Positions 42,001-55,576 of a stretch of DNA of 64,000 nt are shown here, piece after piece. Under the pieces are notes generated by a model that saw nothing but the letters and a program-made list of their open reading frames with translations, made no database searches and was not told where the DNA came from. This DNA is from Auanema rhodensis. Its lineage: Eukaryota > Animalia > Nematoda. The stretch covers positions 2,232,001-2,296,000 of the forward strand of contig OZ059899.1 in NCBI GenBank assembly GCA_964057225.1, in the 5' to 3' direction. The translations under genes were made by a program, and so were the position numbers. Position 1 is the first letter of the stretch. Each line of letters starts with the position of its first letter.

Positions 42001-45000
42001 TGCATTCGATGCGGATTTTTAAGCTGCGTCGATCTGTGTTATCAGATTTGCGCTAACTTAAAAATGCACCGAGATATCAACTGATATAAGTTCACACTTA
42101 TATCCTCGATTTTCACCCTGAAGAATTAATTTTTTCGTTGAATAACATTATCCATCGTCTTTGCCTTGAAAAATGGAATCTAAAAACATCTACTTTTTGC
42201 TAAATTATTTTGAAATTTTTCGAAAAAATTTTTGTCAAAATGTTTTTGGAAGCAATGTTGAGTGTACATGGAAACTCAACATACACTAATGCATCATTTT
42301 TCAAACGATCATAACTAATTTTTGTATCAAACGTTTCTCAATGTAGTATAGTGCATTCGATGCGGATTTTTAAGCTGCGTCGATCTGTGTTATCAGATTT
42401 GCGCTAGCTTAAAAATGCACCGAGATATCAACTGATATAAGTTCACACTTATATCCTCGATTTTCACCCTGAAGAATTAATTTTTTCGTTGAATAGCATT
42501 GTCCATCGTCTTTGCCTTGAAAAAAGGAATCTAAAAACATCTACTTTTTGCTAAATTATTTTGAAATTTTTCGAAAAAATTTTTGTCAAAATGTTTTTGG
42601 AAGCAATGTTGAGTGTACATGGAAACTCAACATACACTAATGCATCATTTTTCAAACGATCATAACAAATTTTTGTATCAAGCGTTTCTCGATGTAGTAT
42701 AGTGCATTCGATGCGGATTTTTAAGCTGCGTCGATCTGTGTTATCAGATTTGCGCTAGCTTAAAAATGCACCGAGATATCAACTGATATAAGTTCACACT
42801 TATATCCTCGATTTTCACCCTGAAGAATTAATTTTTTCGTTGAATAACAATGTCCATCGTCTTTGCCTTGAAAAATGAAATCTAAAAACATCTACTTTTT
42901 GCTAAATTATTTTGAAATTTTTCGAAAAAATTTTTGTCAAAATGTTTTTGGAAGCAATGTTGAGTGTACATGGAAACTCAACATACACTAATGCATCATT
43001 TTTCAAACAATCATAACTATTTTGTGTATTAAGCGTTTCTTAATGTAGTATAGTGCATTCGATGCGGATTTTTAAGCTGCGTCGATCTGTGTTATCAGAT
43101 TTGCGCTAGCTTAAAAATGCACCGAGATATCAACTGATATAAGTTCACACTTATATCCTCGATTTTCACCCTAAACAATTAATTTTTTCGTTGAATAACA
43201 TTGTCTATCGTCTTTGCCTTGAAAAATGAAATCTAAAAACATCTACTTTTTGCTAAATTATTTTGAAATTTTTCGAAAAAATTTTTGTCAAAATGTTTTT
43301 GGAAGCAATGTTGAGTGTACATGGAAACTCAACATACACTAATGCATCATTTTTCAAACAATCATAACTATTTTGTGTATTAAGCGTTTCTTAATGTAGT
43401 ATAGTGCATTCGATGCGGATTTTTAAGCTGCGTCGATCTGTGTTATCAGATTTGCGCTAGCTTAAAAATGCACCGAGATATCAACTGATATAAGTTCACA
43501 CTTATATCCTCGATTTTCACCCTGAAGAATTAATTTTTTCGTTGAATAACATTATCCATCGTCTTTGCCTTGAAAAATGGAATCTAAAAACATCTACTTT
43601 TTGCTAAATTATTTTGAAATTTTTCGAAAAAATTTTTGTCAAAATGTTTTTGGAAGCAATGTTGAGTGTACATGGAAACTCAACATACACTAATGCATCA
43701 TTTTTCAAACGATCATAACTAATTTTTGTATCAAACGTTTCTCAATGTAGTATAGTGCATTCGATGCGGATTTTTAAGCTGCGTCGATCTGTGTTATCAG
43801 ATTTGCGCTAGCTTAAAAATGCACCGAGATATCAACTGATATAAGTTCACACTTATATCCTCGATTTTCACCCTGAACAATTAATTTTTTCGTTGAATAA
43901 CATTGTCCATCGTCTTTGCCTTGAAAAAAGGAATCTAAAAACATCTACTTTTTGCTAAATTATTTTGAAATTTTTGGAAAAAATTTTTGTCAAAATGTTT
44001 TTGGAAGCAATGTTGAGTGTACATGGAAACTCAACATATACTAATGCATCATTTTTCAAACGATCATAACTAATTTTTGTATCAAGCGTTTCTCGATGTA
44101 GTATAGTGCATTCGATGCGGATTTTTAAGCTGCGTCGATCTGTGTTATCAGATTTGCGCTAGCTTAAAAATGCACCGAGATATCAACTGATATAAGTTCA
44201 CACTTATATCCTCGATTTTCACCCTGAAGAATTAATTTTTTCGTTGAATAACATTATCCATCGTCTTTGCCTTGAAAAATGGAATCTAAAAACATCTACT
44301 TTTTGCTAAATTGTTTTGAAATTTTTCGAAAAAATTTTTGTCAAAATGTTTTTGGAAGCAATGTTGAGTGTACATGGAAACTCAACATACACTAATGCAT
44401 CATTTTTCAAACGATCATAACTAATTTTTGTATCAAGCGTTTCTCAATGTAGTATAGTGCATTCGATGCGGATTTTTAAGCTGCGTCGATCTGTGTTATC
44501 AGATTTGCGCTAACTTAAAAATGCACCGAGATATCAACTGATATAAGTTCACACTTATATCCTCGATTTTCACCCTGAAGAATTAATTTTTTCGTTGAAT
44601 AACATTATCCATCGTCTTTGCCTTGAAAAATGGAATCTAAAAACATCTACTTTTTGCTAAATTATTTTGAAATTTTTCGAAAAAATTTTTGTCAAAATGT
44701 TTTTGGAAGCAATGTTGAGTGTACATGGAAACTCAACATACACTAATGCATCATTTTTCAAACGATCATAACTAATTTTTGTATCAAACGTTTCTCAATG
44801 TAGTATAGTGCATTCGATGCGGATTTTTAAGCTGCGTCGATCTGTGTTATCAGATTTGCGCTAGCTTAAAAATGCACCGAGATATCAACTGATATAAGTT
44901 CACACTTATATCCTCGATTTTCACCCTGAAGAATTAATTTTTTCGTTGAATAACAATGTCCATCGTCTTTGCCTTGAAAAATGAAATCTAAAAACATCTA

Positions 45001-48000
45001 CTTTTTGCTAAATTATTTTGAAATTTTTCGAAAAAATTTTTGTCAAAATGTTTTTGGAAGCAATGTTGAGTGTACATGGAAACTCAACATACACTAATGC
45101 ATCATTTTTCAAACAATCATAACTATTTTGTGTATTAAGCGTTTCTTAATGTAGTATAGTGCATTCGATGCGGATTTTTAAGCTGCGTCGATCTGTGTTA
45201 TCAGATTTGCGCTAGCTTAAAAATGCACCGAGATATCAACTGATATAAGTTCACACTTATATCCTCGATTTTCACCCTAAACAATTAATTTTTTCGTTGA
45301 ATAACATTGTCTATCGTCTTTGCCTTGAAAAATGAAATCTAAAAACATCTACTTTTTGCTAAATTATTTTGAAATTTTTCGAAAAAATTTTTGTCAAAAT
45401 GTTTTTGGAAGCAATGTTGAGTGTACATGGAAACTCAACATACACTAATGCATCATTTTTCAAACAATCATAACTATTTTGTGTATTAAGCGTTTCTTAA
45501 TGTAGTATAGTGCATTCGATGCGGATTTTTAAGCTGCGTCGATCTGTGTTATCAGATTTGCGCTAGCTTAAAAATGCACCGAGATATCAACTGATATAAG
45601 TTCACACTTATATCCTCGATTTTCACCCTGAAGAATTAATTTTTTCGTTGAATAACATTATCCATCGTCTTTGCCTTGAAAAATGGAATCTAAAAACATC
45701 TACTTTTTGCTAAATTATTTTGAAATTTTTCGAAAAAATTTTTGTCAAAATGTTTTTGGAAGCAATGTTGAGTGTACATGGAAACTCAACATACACTAAT
45801 GCATCATTTTTCAAACGATCATAACTAATTTTTGTATCAAACGTTTCTCAATGTAGTATAGTGCATTCGATGCGGATTTTTAAGCTGCGTCGATCTGTGT
45901 TATCAGATTTGCGCTAGCTTAAAAATGCACCGAGATATCAACTGATATAAGTTCACACTTATATCCTCGATTTTCACCCTGAACAATTAATTTTTTCGTT
46001 GAATAACATTGTCCATCGTCTTTGCCTTGAAAAAAGGAATCTAAAAACATCTACTTTTTGCTAAATTATTTTGAAATTTTTGGAAAAAATTTTTGTCAAA
46101 ATGTTTTTGGAAGCAATGTTGAGTGTACATGGAAACTCAACATACACTAATGCATCATTTTTCAAACGATCATAACTAATTTTTGTATCAAGCGTTTCTC
46201 GATGTAGTATAGTGCATTCGATGCGGATTTTTAAGCTGCGTCGATCTGTGTTATCAGATTTGCGCTAGCTTAAAAGTGCACCGAGATATCAACTGATATA
46301 AGTTCACACTTATATCCTCGATTTTCACCCTGAAGAATTAATTTTTTCGTTGAATAACATTGTCTATCGTCTTTGCCTTGAAAAATGAAATCTAAAAACA
46401 TTTACTTTTTGCTAAATTATTTTGAAATTTTTCGAAAAAATTTTTGTCAAAATGTTTTTGGAAGCAATGTTGAGTGTACATGGAAACTCAACATACACTA
46501 ATGCATCATTTTTCAAACGATCATAACTAATTTTTGTATCAAGCGTTTCTTAATGTAGTATAGTGCATTCGATGCGGATTTTTAAGCTGCGTCGATCTGT
46601 GTTATCAGATTTGCGCTAGCTTAAAAGTGCACCGAGATATCAACTGATATAAGTTCACACTTATATCCTCGATTTTCACCCTGAACAATTAATTTTTTCG
46701 TTGAATAACACTGTCTATCGTCTTTGCCTTGAAAAATGAAATCTAAAAACATCTACTTTTTGCTAAATTATTTTGAAATTTTTCGAAAAAATTTTTGTCA
46801 AAATGTTTTTGGAAGCAATGTTGAGTGTACATGGAAACTCAACATACACTAATGCATCATTTTTCAAACGATCATAACTAATTTTTGTATTAAGCGTTTC
46901 TCAATGTAGTATAGTGCATTCGATGCGGATTTTTAAGCTGCGTCGATCTGTGTTATCAGATTTGCGCTAGCTTAAAAATGCACCGAGATATCAACTGATA
47001 TAAGTTCACACTTATATCCTCGATTTTCACCCTGGAGAAATAATTTTTTCGTTGAATAACATTATCCATCGTCTTTGCCTTGAAAAAAGGAATCTAAAAA
47101 CATCTACTTTTTGCTAAATTATTTTGAAATTTTTCGAAAAAATTTTTGTCAAAATGTTTTTGGAAACAATGTTGAGTGTACATGGAAACTCAACATTCAC
47201 TAATGCATCATTTTTCAAACGATCATAACTAATTTTTGTATTAAGCGTTTCTCAATGTAGTATAGTGCATTCGATGCGGATTTTTAAGCTGCGTCGATCT
47301 GTGTTATCAGATTTGCGCTACCTTAAAAATGCACCGAGATATCAACTGATATAAGTTCACACTTATATCCTCGATTTTCACCCTGAAGAATTAATTTTTT
47401 CGTTGAATAACATTGTCTATCGTCTTTGCCTTGAAAAATGGAATCTAAAAACATCTACTTTTTGCTAAATTATTTTGAAATTTTTCGAAAAACTTTTTGT
47501 CAAAATGTTTTTGGAAGCAATGTTGAGTGTACATGGAAACTCAACATACACTAATGCATCATTTTTCACACGATCATAACTAATTTTTGTATTAAGCTTT
47601 TCTCAATGTAGTATAGTGCATTCGATGCGGATTTTTAAGCTGCGTCGATCTGTGTTATCAGATTTGCGCTAGCTTAAAAGTGCACCGAGATATCAACTGA
47701 TATAAGTTCACACTTATATCCTCGATTTTCACCCTGAACAATTAATTTTTTCGTTGAATAACATTGTCTATCGTCTTTGCCTTGAAAAATGAAATCTAAA
47801 AACATCTACTTTTTGCTAAATTATTTTGAAATTTTTCGAAACAATTTTTGTCAAAATGTTTTTGGAAGCAATGTTGAGTGTACATGGAAACTCAACATAC
47901 ACTAATGCATCATTTTTCAAACAATCATAACTATTTTGTGTATTAAGCGTTTCTTAATGTAGTATAGTGCATTCGATGCGGATTTTTAAGCTGCGTCGAT

Positions 48001-51000
48001 CTGTGTTATCAGATTTGCGCTAGCTTAAAAATGCACCGAGATATCAACTGATATAAGTTCACACTTATATCCTCGATTTTCACCCTGAAGAATTAATTTT
48101 TTCGTTGAATAACATTATCCATCGTCTTTGCCTTGAAAAATGGAATCTAAAAACATCTACTTTTTGCTAAATTATTTTGAAATTTTTCGAAAAAATTTTT
48201 GTCAAAATGTTTTTGGAAGCAATGTTGAGTGTACATGGAAACTCAACATACACTAATGCATCATTTTTCAAACGATCATAACTAATTTTTGTATCAAGCG
48301 TTTCTCGATGTAGTATAGTGCATTCGATGCGGATTTTTAAGCTGCGTCGATCTGTGTTATCAGATTTGCGCTAGCTTAAAAATGCACCGAGATATCAACT
48401 GATATAAGTTCACACTTATATCCTCGATTTTCACCCTGGAGAAATAATTTTTTCGTTGAATAACATTATCCATCGTCTTTGCCTTGAAAAAAGGAATCTA
48501 AAAACATCTACTTTTTGCAAAATTATTTTGAAATTTTTCGAAAAAATTTTTGTCAAAATGTTTTTGGAAACAATGTTGAGTGTACATGGAAACTCAACAT
48601 TCACTAATGCATCATTTTTCAAACGATCATAACTAATTTTTGTATTAAGCGTTTCTCAATGTAGTATAGTGCATTCGATGCGGATTTTTAAGCTGCGTCG
48701 ATCTGTGTTATCAGATTTGCGCTAGCTTAAAAATGCACCGAGATATCAACTGATATAAGTTCACACTTATATCCTCGATTTTCACCCTGAAGAATTAATT
48801 TTTTCGTTGAATAACATTGTCTATCGTCTTTGCCTTGAAAAATGGAATCTAAAATCATCTACTTTTTGCTAAATTATTTTGAAATTTTTCGAAAAACTTT
48901 TTGTCAAAATGTTTTTGGAAGCAATGTTGAGTGTACATGGAAACTCAACATACACTAATGCATCATTTTTCAAACGATCATAACTAATTTTTGTATTAAG
49001 CTTTTCTCAATGTAGTATAGTGCATTCGATGCGGATTTTTAAGCTGCGTCGATCTGTGTTATCAGATTTGCGCTAGCTTAAAAGTGCACCGAGATATCAA
49101 CTGATATAAGTTCACACTTATATCCTCGATTTTCACCCTGAACAATTAATTTTTTCGTTGAATAACATTGTCTATCGTCTTTGCCTTGAAAAATGAAATC
49201 TAAAAACATCTACTTTTTGCTAAATTATTTTGAAATTTTTCGAAACAATTTTTGTCAAAATGTTTTTGGAAGCAATGTTGAGTGTACATGGAAACTCAAC
49301 ATACACTAATGCATCATTTTTCAAACGATCATAACTAATTTTTGTATCAAGCGTTTCTCGATGTAGTATAGTGCATTCGATGCGGATTTTTAAGCTGCGT
49401 CGATCTGTGTTATCAGATTTGCGCTAGCTTAAAAATGCACCGAGATATCAACTGATATAAGTTCACACTTATATCCTCGATTTTCACCCTGAAGAATTAA
49501 TTTTTTCGTTGAATAACATTGTCTATCGTCTTTGCCTTGAAAAATGGAATCTAAAAACATCTACTTTTTGCTAAATTATTTTGAAATTTTTCGAAAAACT
49601 TTTTGTCAAAATGTTTTTGGAAGCAATGTTGAGTGTACATGGAAACTCAACATACACTAATGCATCATTTTTCACACGATCATAACTAATTTTTGTATTA
49701 AGCTTTTCTCAATGTAGTATAGTGCATTCGATGCGGATTTTTAAGCTGCGTCGATCTGTGTTATCAGATTTGCGCTAGCTTAAAAGTGCACCGAGATATC
49801 AACTGATATAAGTTCACACTTATATCCTCGATTTTCACCCTGAACAATTAATTTTTTCGTTGAATAACATTGTCTATCGTCTTTGCCTTGAAAAATGAAA
49901 TCTAAAAACATCTACTTTTTGCTAAATTATTTTGAAATTTTTCGAAACAATTTTTGTCAAAATGTTTTTGGAAGCAATGTTGAGTGTACATGGAAACTCA
50001 ACATACACTAATGCATCATTTTTCAAACAATCATAACTATTTTGTGTATTAAGCGTTTCTTAATGTAGTATAGTGCATTCGATGCGGATTTTTAAGCTGC
50101 GTCGATCTGTGTTATCAGATTTGCGCTAGCTTAAAAATGCACCGAGATATCAACTGATATAAGTTCACACTTATATCCTCGATTTTCACCCTGAAGAATT
50201 AATTTTTTCGTTGAATAACATTATCCATCGTCTTTGCCTTGAAAAATGGAATCTAAAAACATCTACTTTTTGCTAAATTATTTTGAAATTTTTCGAAAAA
50301 ATTTTTGTCAAAATGTTTTTGGAAGCAATGTTGAGTGTACATGGAAACTCAACATACACTAATGCATCATTTTTCAAACGATCATAACTAATTTTTGTAT
50401 CAAGCGTTTCTCAATGTAGTATAGTGCATTCGATGCGGATTTTTAAGCTGCGTCGATCTGTGTTATCAGATTTGCGCTAACTTAAAAATGCACCGAGATA
50501 TCAACTGATATAAGTTCACACTTATATCCTCGATTTTCACCCTGAACAATTAATTTTTTCGTTGAATAACATTGTCTATCGTCTTTGCCTTGAAAAATGA
50601 AATCTAAAAACATCTACTTTTTGCTAAATTATTTTGAAATTTTTCGAAAAAATTTTTGTCAAAATGTTTTTGGAAGCAATGTTGAGTGTACATGGAAACT
50701 CAACATACACTAATGCATCATTTTTCAAACGATCATAACTAATTTTTGTATCAAGCGTTTCTCGATGTAGTATAGTGCATTCGATGCGGATTTTTAAGCT
50801 GCGTCGATCTGTGTTATCAGATTTGCGCTAGCTTAAAAATGCACCGAGATATCAACTGATATAAGTTCACACTTATATCCTCGATTTTCACCCTGGAGAA
50901 ATAATTTTTTCGTTGAATAACATTATCCATCGTCTTTGCCTTGAAAAAAGGAATCTAAAAACATCTACTTTTTGCAAAATTATTTTGAAATTTTTCGAAA

Positions 51001-51949
51001 AAATTTTTGTCAAAATGTTTTTGGAAACAATGTTGAGTGTACATGGAAACTCAACATACACTAATGCATCATTTTTCAAACGATCATAACTAATTTTTGT
51101 ATCAAGCGTTTCTCGATGTAGTATAGTGCATTCGATGCGGATTTTTAAGCTGCGTCGATCTGTGTTATCAGATTTGCGCTAGCTTAAAAATGCACCGAGA
51201 TATCAACTGATATAAGTTCACACTTATATCCTCGATTTTCACCCTGGAGAAATAATTTTTTCGTTGAATAACATTATCCATCGTCTTTGCCTTGAAAAAA
51301 GGAATCTAAAAACATCTACTTTTTGCAAAATTATTTTGAAATTTTTCGAAAAAATTTTTGTCAAAATGTTTTTGGAAACAATGTTGAGTGTACATGGAAA
51401 CTCAACATTCACTAATGCATCATTTTTCAAACGATCATAACTAATTTTTGTATTAAGCGTTTCTCAATGTAGTATAGTGCATTCGATGCGGATTTTTAAG
51501 CTGCGTCGATCTGTGTTATCAGATTTGCGCTAGCTTAAAAATGCACCGAGATATCAACTGATATAAGTTCACACTTATATCCTCGATTTTCACCCTGAAG
51601 AATTAATTTTTTCGTTGAATAACATTGTCTATCGTCTTTGCCTTGAAAAATGGAATCTAAAAACATCTACTTTTTGCTAAATTATTTTGAAATTTTTCGA
51701 AAAACTTTTTGTCAAAATGTTTTTGGAAGCAATGTTGAGTGTACATGGAAACTCAACATACACTAATGCATCATTTTTCAAACGATCATAACTAATTTTT
51801 GTATTAAGCTTTTCTCAATGTAGTATAGTGCATTCGATGCGGATTTTTAAGCTGCGTCGATCTGTGTTATCAGATTTGCGCTAGCTTAAAAGTGCACCGA
51901 GATATCAACTGATATAAGTTCACACTTATATCCTCGATTTTCACCCTGA

Positions 51950-54900
51950 ACAATTAATTTTTTCGTTGAATAACATTGTCTATCGTCTTTGCCTTGAAAA
52001 ATGAAATCTAAAAACATCTACTTTTTGCTAAATTATTTTGAAATTTTTCGAAACAATTTTTGTCAAAATGTTTTTGGAAGCAATGTTGAGTGTACATGGA
52101 AACTCAACATACACTAATGCATCATTTTTCAAACAATCATAACTATTTTGTGTATTAAGCGTTTCTTAATGTAGTATAGTGCATTCGATGCGGATTTTTA
52201 AGCTGCGTCGATCTGTGTTATCAGATTTGCGCTAGCTTAAAAATGCACCGAGATATCAACTGATATAAGTTCACACTTATATCCTCGATTTTCACCCTGA
52301 AGAATTAATTTTTTCGTTGAATAACATTATCCATCGTCTTTGCCTTGAAAAATGGAATCTAAAAACATCTACTTTTTGCTAAATTATTTTGAAATTTTTC
52401 GAAAAAATTTTTGTCAAAATGTTTTTGGAAGCAATGTTGAGTGTACATGGAAACTCAACATACACTAATGCATCATTTTTCAAACGATCATAACTAATTT
52501 TTGTATCAAGCGTTTCTCAATGTAGTATAGTGCATTCGATGCGGATTTTTAAGCTACGTCGATCTGTGTTATCAGATTTGCGCTAACTTAAAAATGCACC
52601 GAGATATCAACTGATATAAGTTCACACTTATATCCTCGATTTTCACCCTGAACAATTAATTTTTTCGTTGAATAACATTGTCCATCGTCTTTGCCTTGAA
52701 AAATGGAATCTAAAAACATCTACTTTTTGCTAAATTATTTTGAAATTTTTCGAAAAAATTTTTGTCAAAATGTTTTTGGAAGCAATGTTGAGTGTACATG
52801 GAAACTCAACATACACTAATGCATCATTTTTCAAACGATCATAACTAATTTTTGTATCAAGCGTTTCTCGATGTAGTATAGTGCATTCGATGCGGATTTT
52901 TAAGCTGCGTCGATCTGTGTTATCAGATTTGCGCTAGCTTAAAAATGCACCGAGATATCAAGTGATATAAGTTCACACTTATATCCTCGATTTTCACCCT
53001 GAAGAATTGATTTTTTCGTTGAATAACATTGTCTATCGTCTTTGCCTTGAAAAATGGAATCTAAAAACATCTACTTTTTGCTAAATTATTTTGAAATTTT
53101 TCGAAAAAATTTTTGTCAAAATGTTTTTGGAAGCAATGTTGAGTGTACATGGAAACTCAACATACACTAATGCATCATTTTTCAAACGATCATAACTAAT
53201 TTTTGTATTAAGCTTTTCTCAATGTAGTATAGTGCATTCGATGCGGATTTTTAAGCTGCGTCGATCTGTGTTATCAGATTTGCGCTAGCTTAAAAGTGCA
53301 CCGAGATATCAACTGATATAAGTTCACACTTATATCCTCGATTTTCACCCTGAAGAATTAATTTTTTCGTTGAATAACATTGTCTATCGTCTTTGCCTTG
53401 AAAAATGGAATTTAAAAACATCTACTTTTTGCTAAATTATTTTGAAATTTTTCGAAAAAATTTTTGTCAAAATGTTTTTGGAAGCAATGTTGAGTGTACA
53501 TGGAAACTCAACATACACTAATGCATCATTTTTCAAACGATCATAACTAATTTTTGTATTAAGCTTTTCTCAATGTAGTATAGTGCATTCGATGCGGATT
53601 TTTAAGCTGCGTCGATCTGTGTTATCAGATTTGCGCTAGCTTAAAAGTGCACCGAGATATCAACTGATATAAGTTCACACTTATATCCTCGATTTTCACC
53701 CTGAAGAATTAATTTTTTCGTTGAATAACATTCTCTATCGTCTTTGCCTTGAAAAATGGAATTTAAAAACATCTACTTTTTGCTAAATTATTTTGAAATT
53801 TTTCGAAAAAATTTTTGTCAAAATGTTTTTGGAAGCAATGTTGAGTGTACATGGAAACTCAACATACACTAATGCATCATTTTTCAAACGATCATAACTA
53901 ACTTTTGTATTAAGCTTTTCTCAATGTAGTATAGTGCATTCGATGCGGATTTTTAAGCTGCGTCGATCTGTGTTATCAGATTTGCGCTAGCTTAAAAATG
54001 CACCGAGATATCAACTGATATAAGTTCACACTTATATCCTCGATTTTCACCCTGAAGAATTGATTTTTTCGTTGAATAACATTGTCTATCGTCTTTGCCT
54101 TGAAAAATGGAATCTAAAAACATCTACTTTTTGCTAAATTATTTTGAAATTTTTCGAAAAAATTTTTGTCAAAATGTTTTTGGAAGCAATGTTGAGTGTA
54201 CATGGAAACTCAACATACACTAATGCATCATTTTTCAAACAATCATAACTAATTTGTGTATTAAGCGTTTCTTAATGTAGTATAGTGCATTCGATGCGGA
54301 TTTTTAAGCTGCGTCGATCTGTGTTATCAGATTTGCGCTAGCTTAAAAATGCACCGAGATATCAACTGATATAAGTTCACACTTATATCCTCGATTTTCA
54401 CCCTGAAGAATTGATTTTTTCGTTGAATAACATTGTCTATCGTCTTTGCCTTGAAAAATGGAATCTAAAAACATCTACTTTTTGCTAAATTATTTTGAAA
54501 TTTTTCGAAAAAATTTTTGTCAAAATGTTTTTGGAAGCAATGTTGAGTGTACATGGAAACTCAACATACACTAATGCATCATTTTTCAAACGATCATAAC
54601 TAATTTTTGTATTAAGCTTTTCTCAATGTAGTATAGTGCATTCGATGCGGATTTTTAAGCTGCGTCGATCTGTGTTATCAGATTTGCGCTAGCTTAAAAG
54701 TGCACCGAGATATCAACTGATATAAGTTCACACTTATATCCTCGATTTTCACCCTGAAGAATTGATTTTTTCGTTGAATAACATTGTCTATCGTCTTTGC
54801 CTTGAAAAATGGAATCTAAAAACATCTACTTTTTGCTAAATTATTTTGAAATTTTTCGAAAAAATTTTTGTCAAAATGTTTTTGGAAGCAATGTTGAGTG

Positions 54901-55576
54901 TACATGGAAACTCAACATACACTAATGCATCATTTTTCAAACAATCATAACTAATTTGTGTATTAAGCGTTTCTTAATGTAGTATAGTGCATTCGATGCG
55001 GATTTTTAAGCTGCGTCGATCTGTGTTATCAGATTTGCGCTAGCTTAAAAATGCACCGAGATATCAACTGATATAAGTTCACACTTATATCCTCGATTTT
55101 CACCCTGAAGAATTGATTTTTTCGTTGAATAACATTGTCTATCGTATTTGCCTTGAGAAATGGAATCTAAAAACATCTACTTTTTGCTAAATTATTTTGA
55201 AATTTTTCGAAAAAATTTTTGTCAAAATGTTTTTGGAAGCAATGTTGAGTGTACATGGAAACTCAACATACACTAATGCATCATTTTTCAAACAATCATA
55301 ACTAATTTGTGTATTAAGCGTTTCTCAATGTAGTATAGTGCATTCGATGCGGATTTTTAAGCTGCGTCGATCTGTGTTATCAGATTTGCGCTAGCTTAAA
55401 AATGCACCGAGATATCAACTGATATAAGTTCACACTTATATCCTCGATTTTCACCCTGAAGAATTAATTTTTTCGTTGAATAACATTGTCTATCGTCTTT
55501 GCCTTGAAAAATGGAATCTAAAAACATCTACTTTTTGCTAAATTATTTTGAAATTTTTCGAAAAAATTTTTGTCAA
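51950..55576 (+). repeat. Block of about 10 monomers, duplicated at about 60370-64000 (offset 8424 bp = 24 monomers)
   Basis: Shared rare variants at 52054/60478, 52962/61386, 53412/61836, 53733/62157, 53902/62326 and 55146/63570. Confidence 0.9.

Noticed and set aside
48431-51430. Three 63-aa minus-strand ORFs (48431-48622, 50888-51079, 51239-51430)
   Set aside because: They lie wholly within satellite monomers and start at TTG rather than ATG. They exist only because one substitution removes a stop present in the other copies. The K/F/I/N-rich composition reflects A/T tracts, and there is no recognisable domain.
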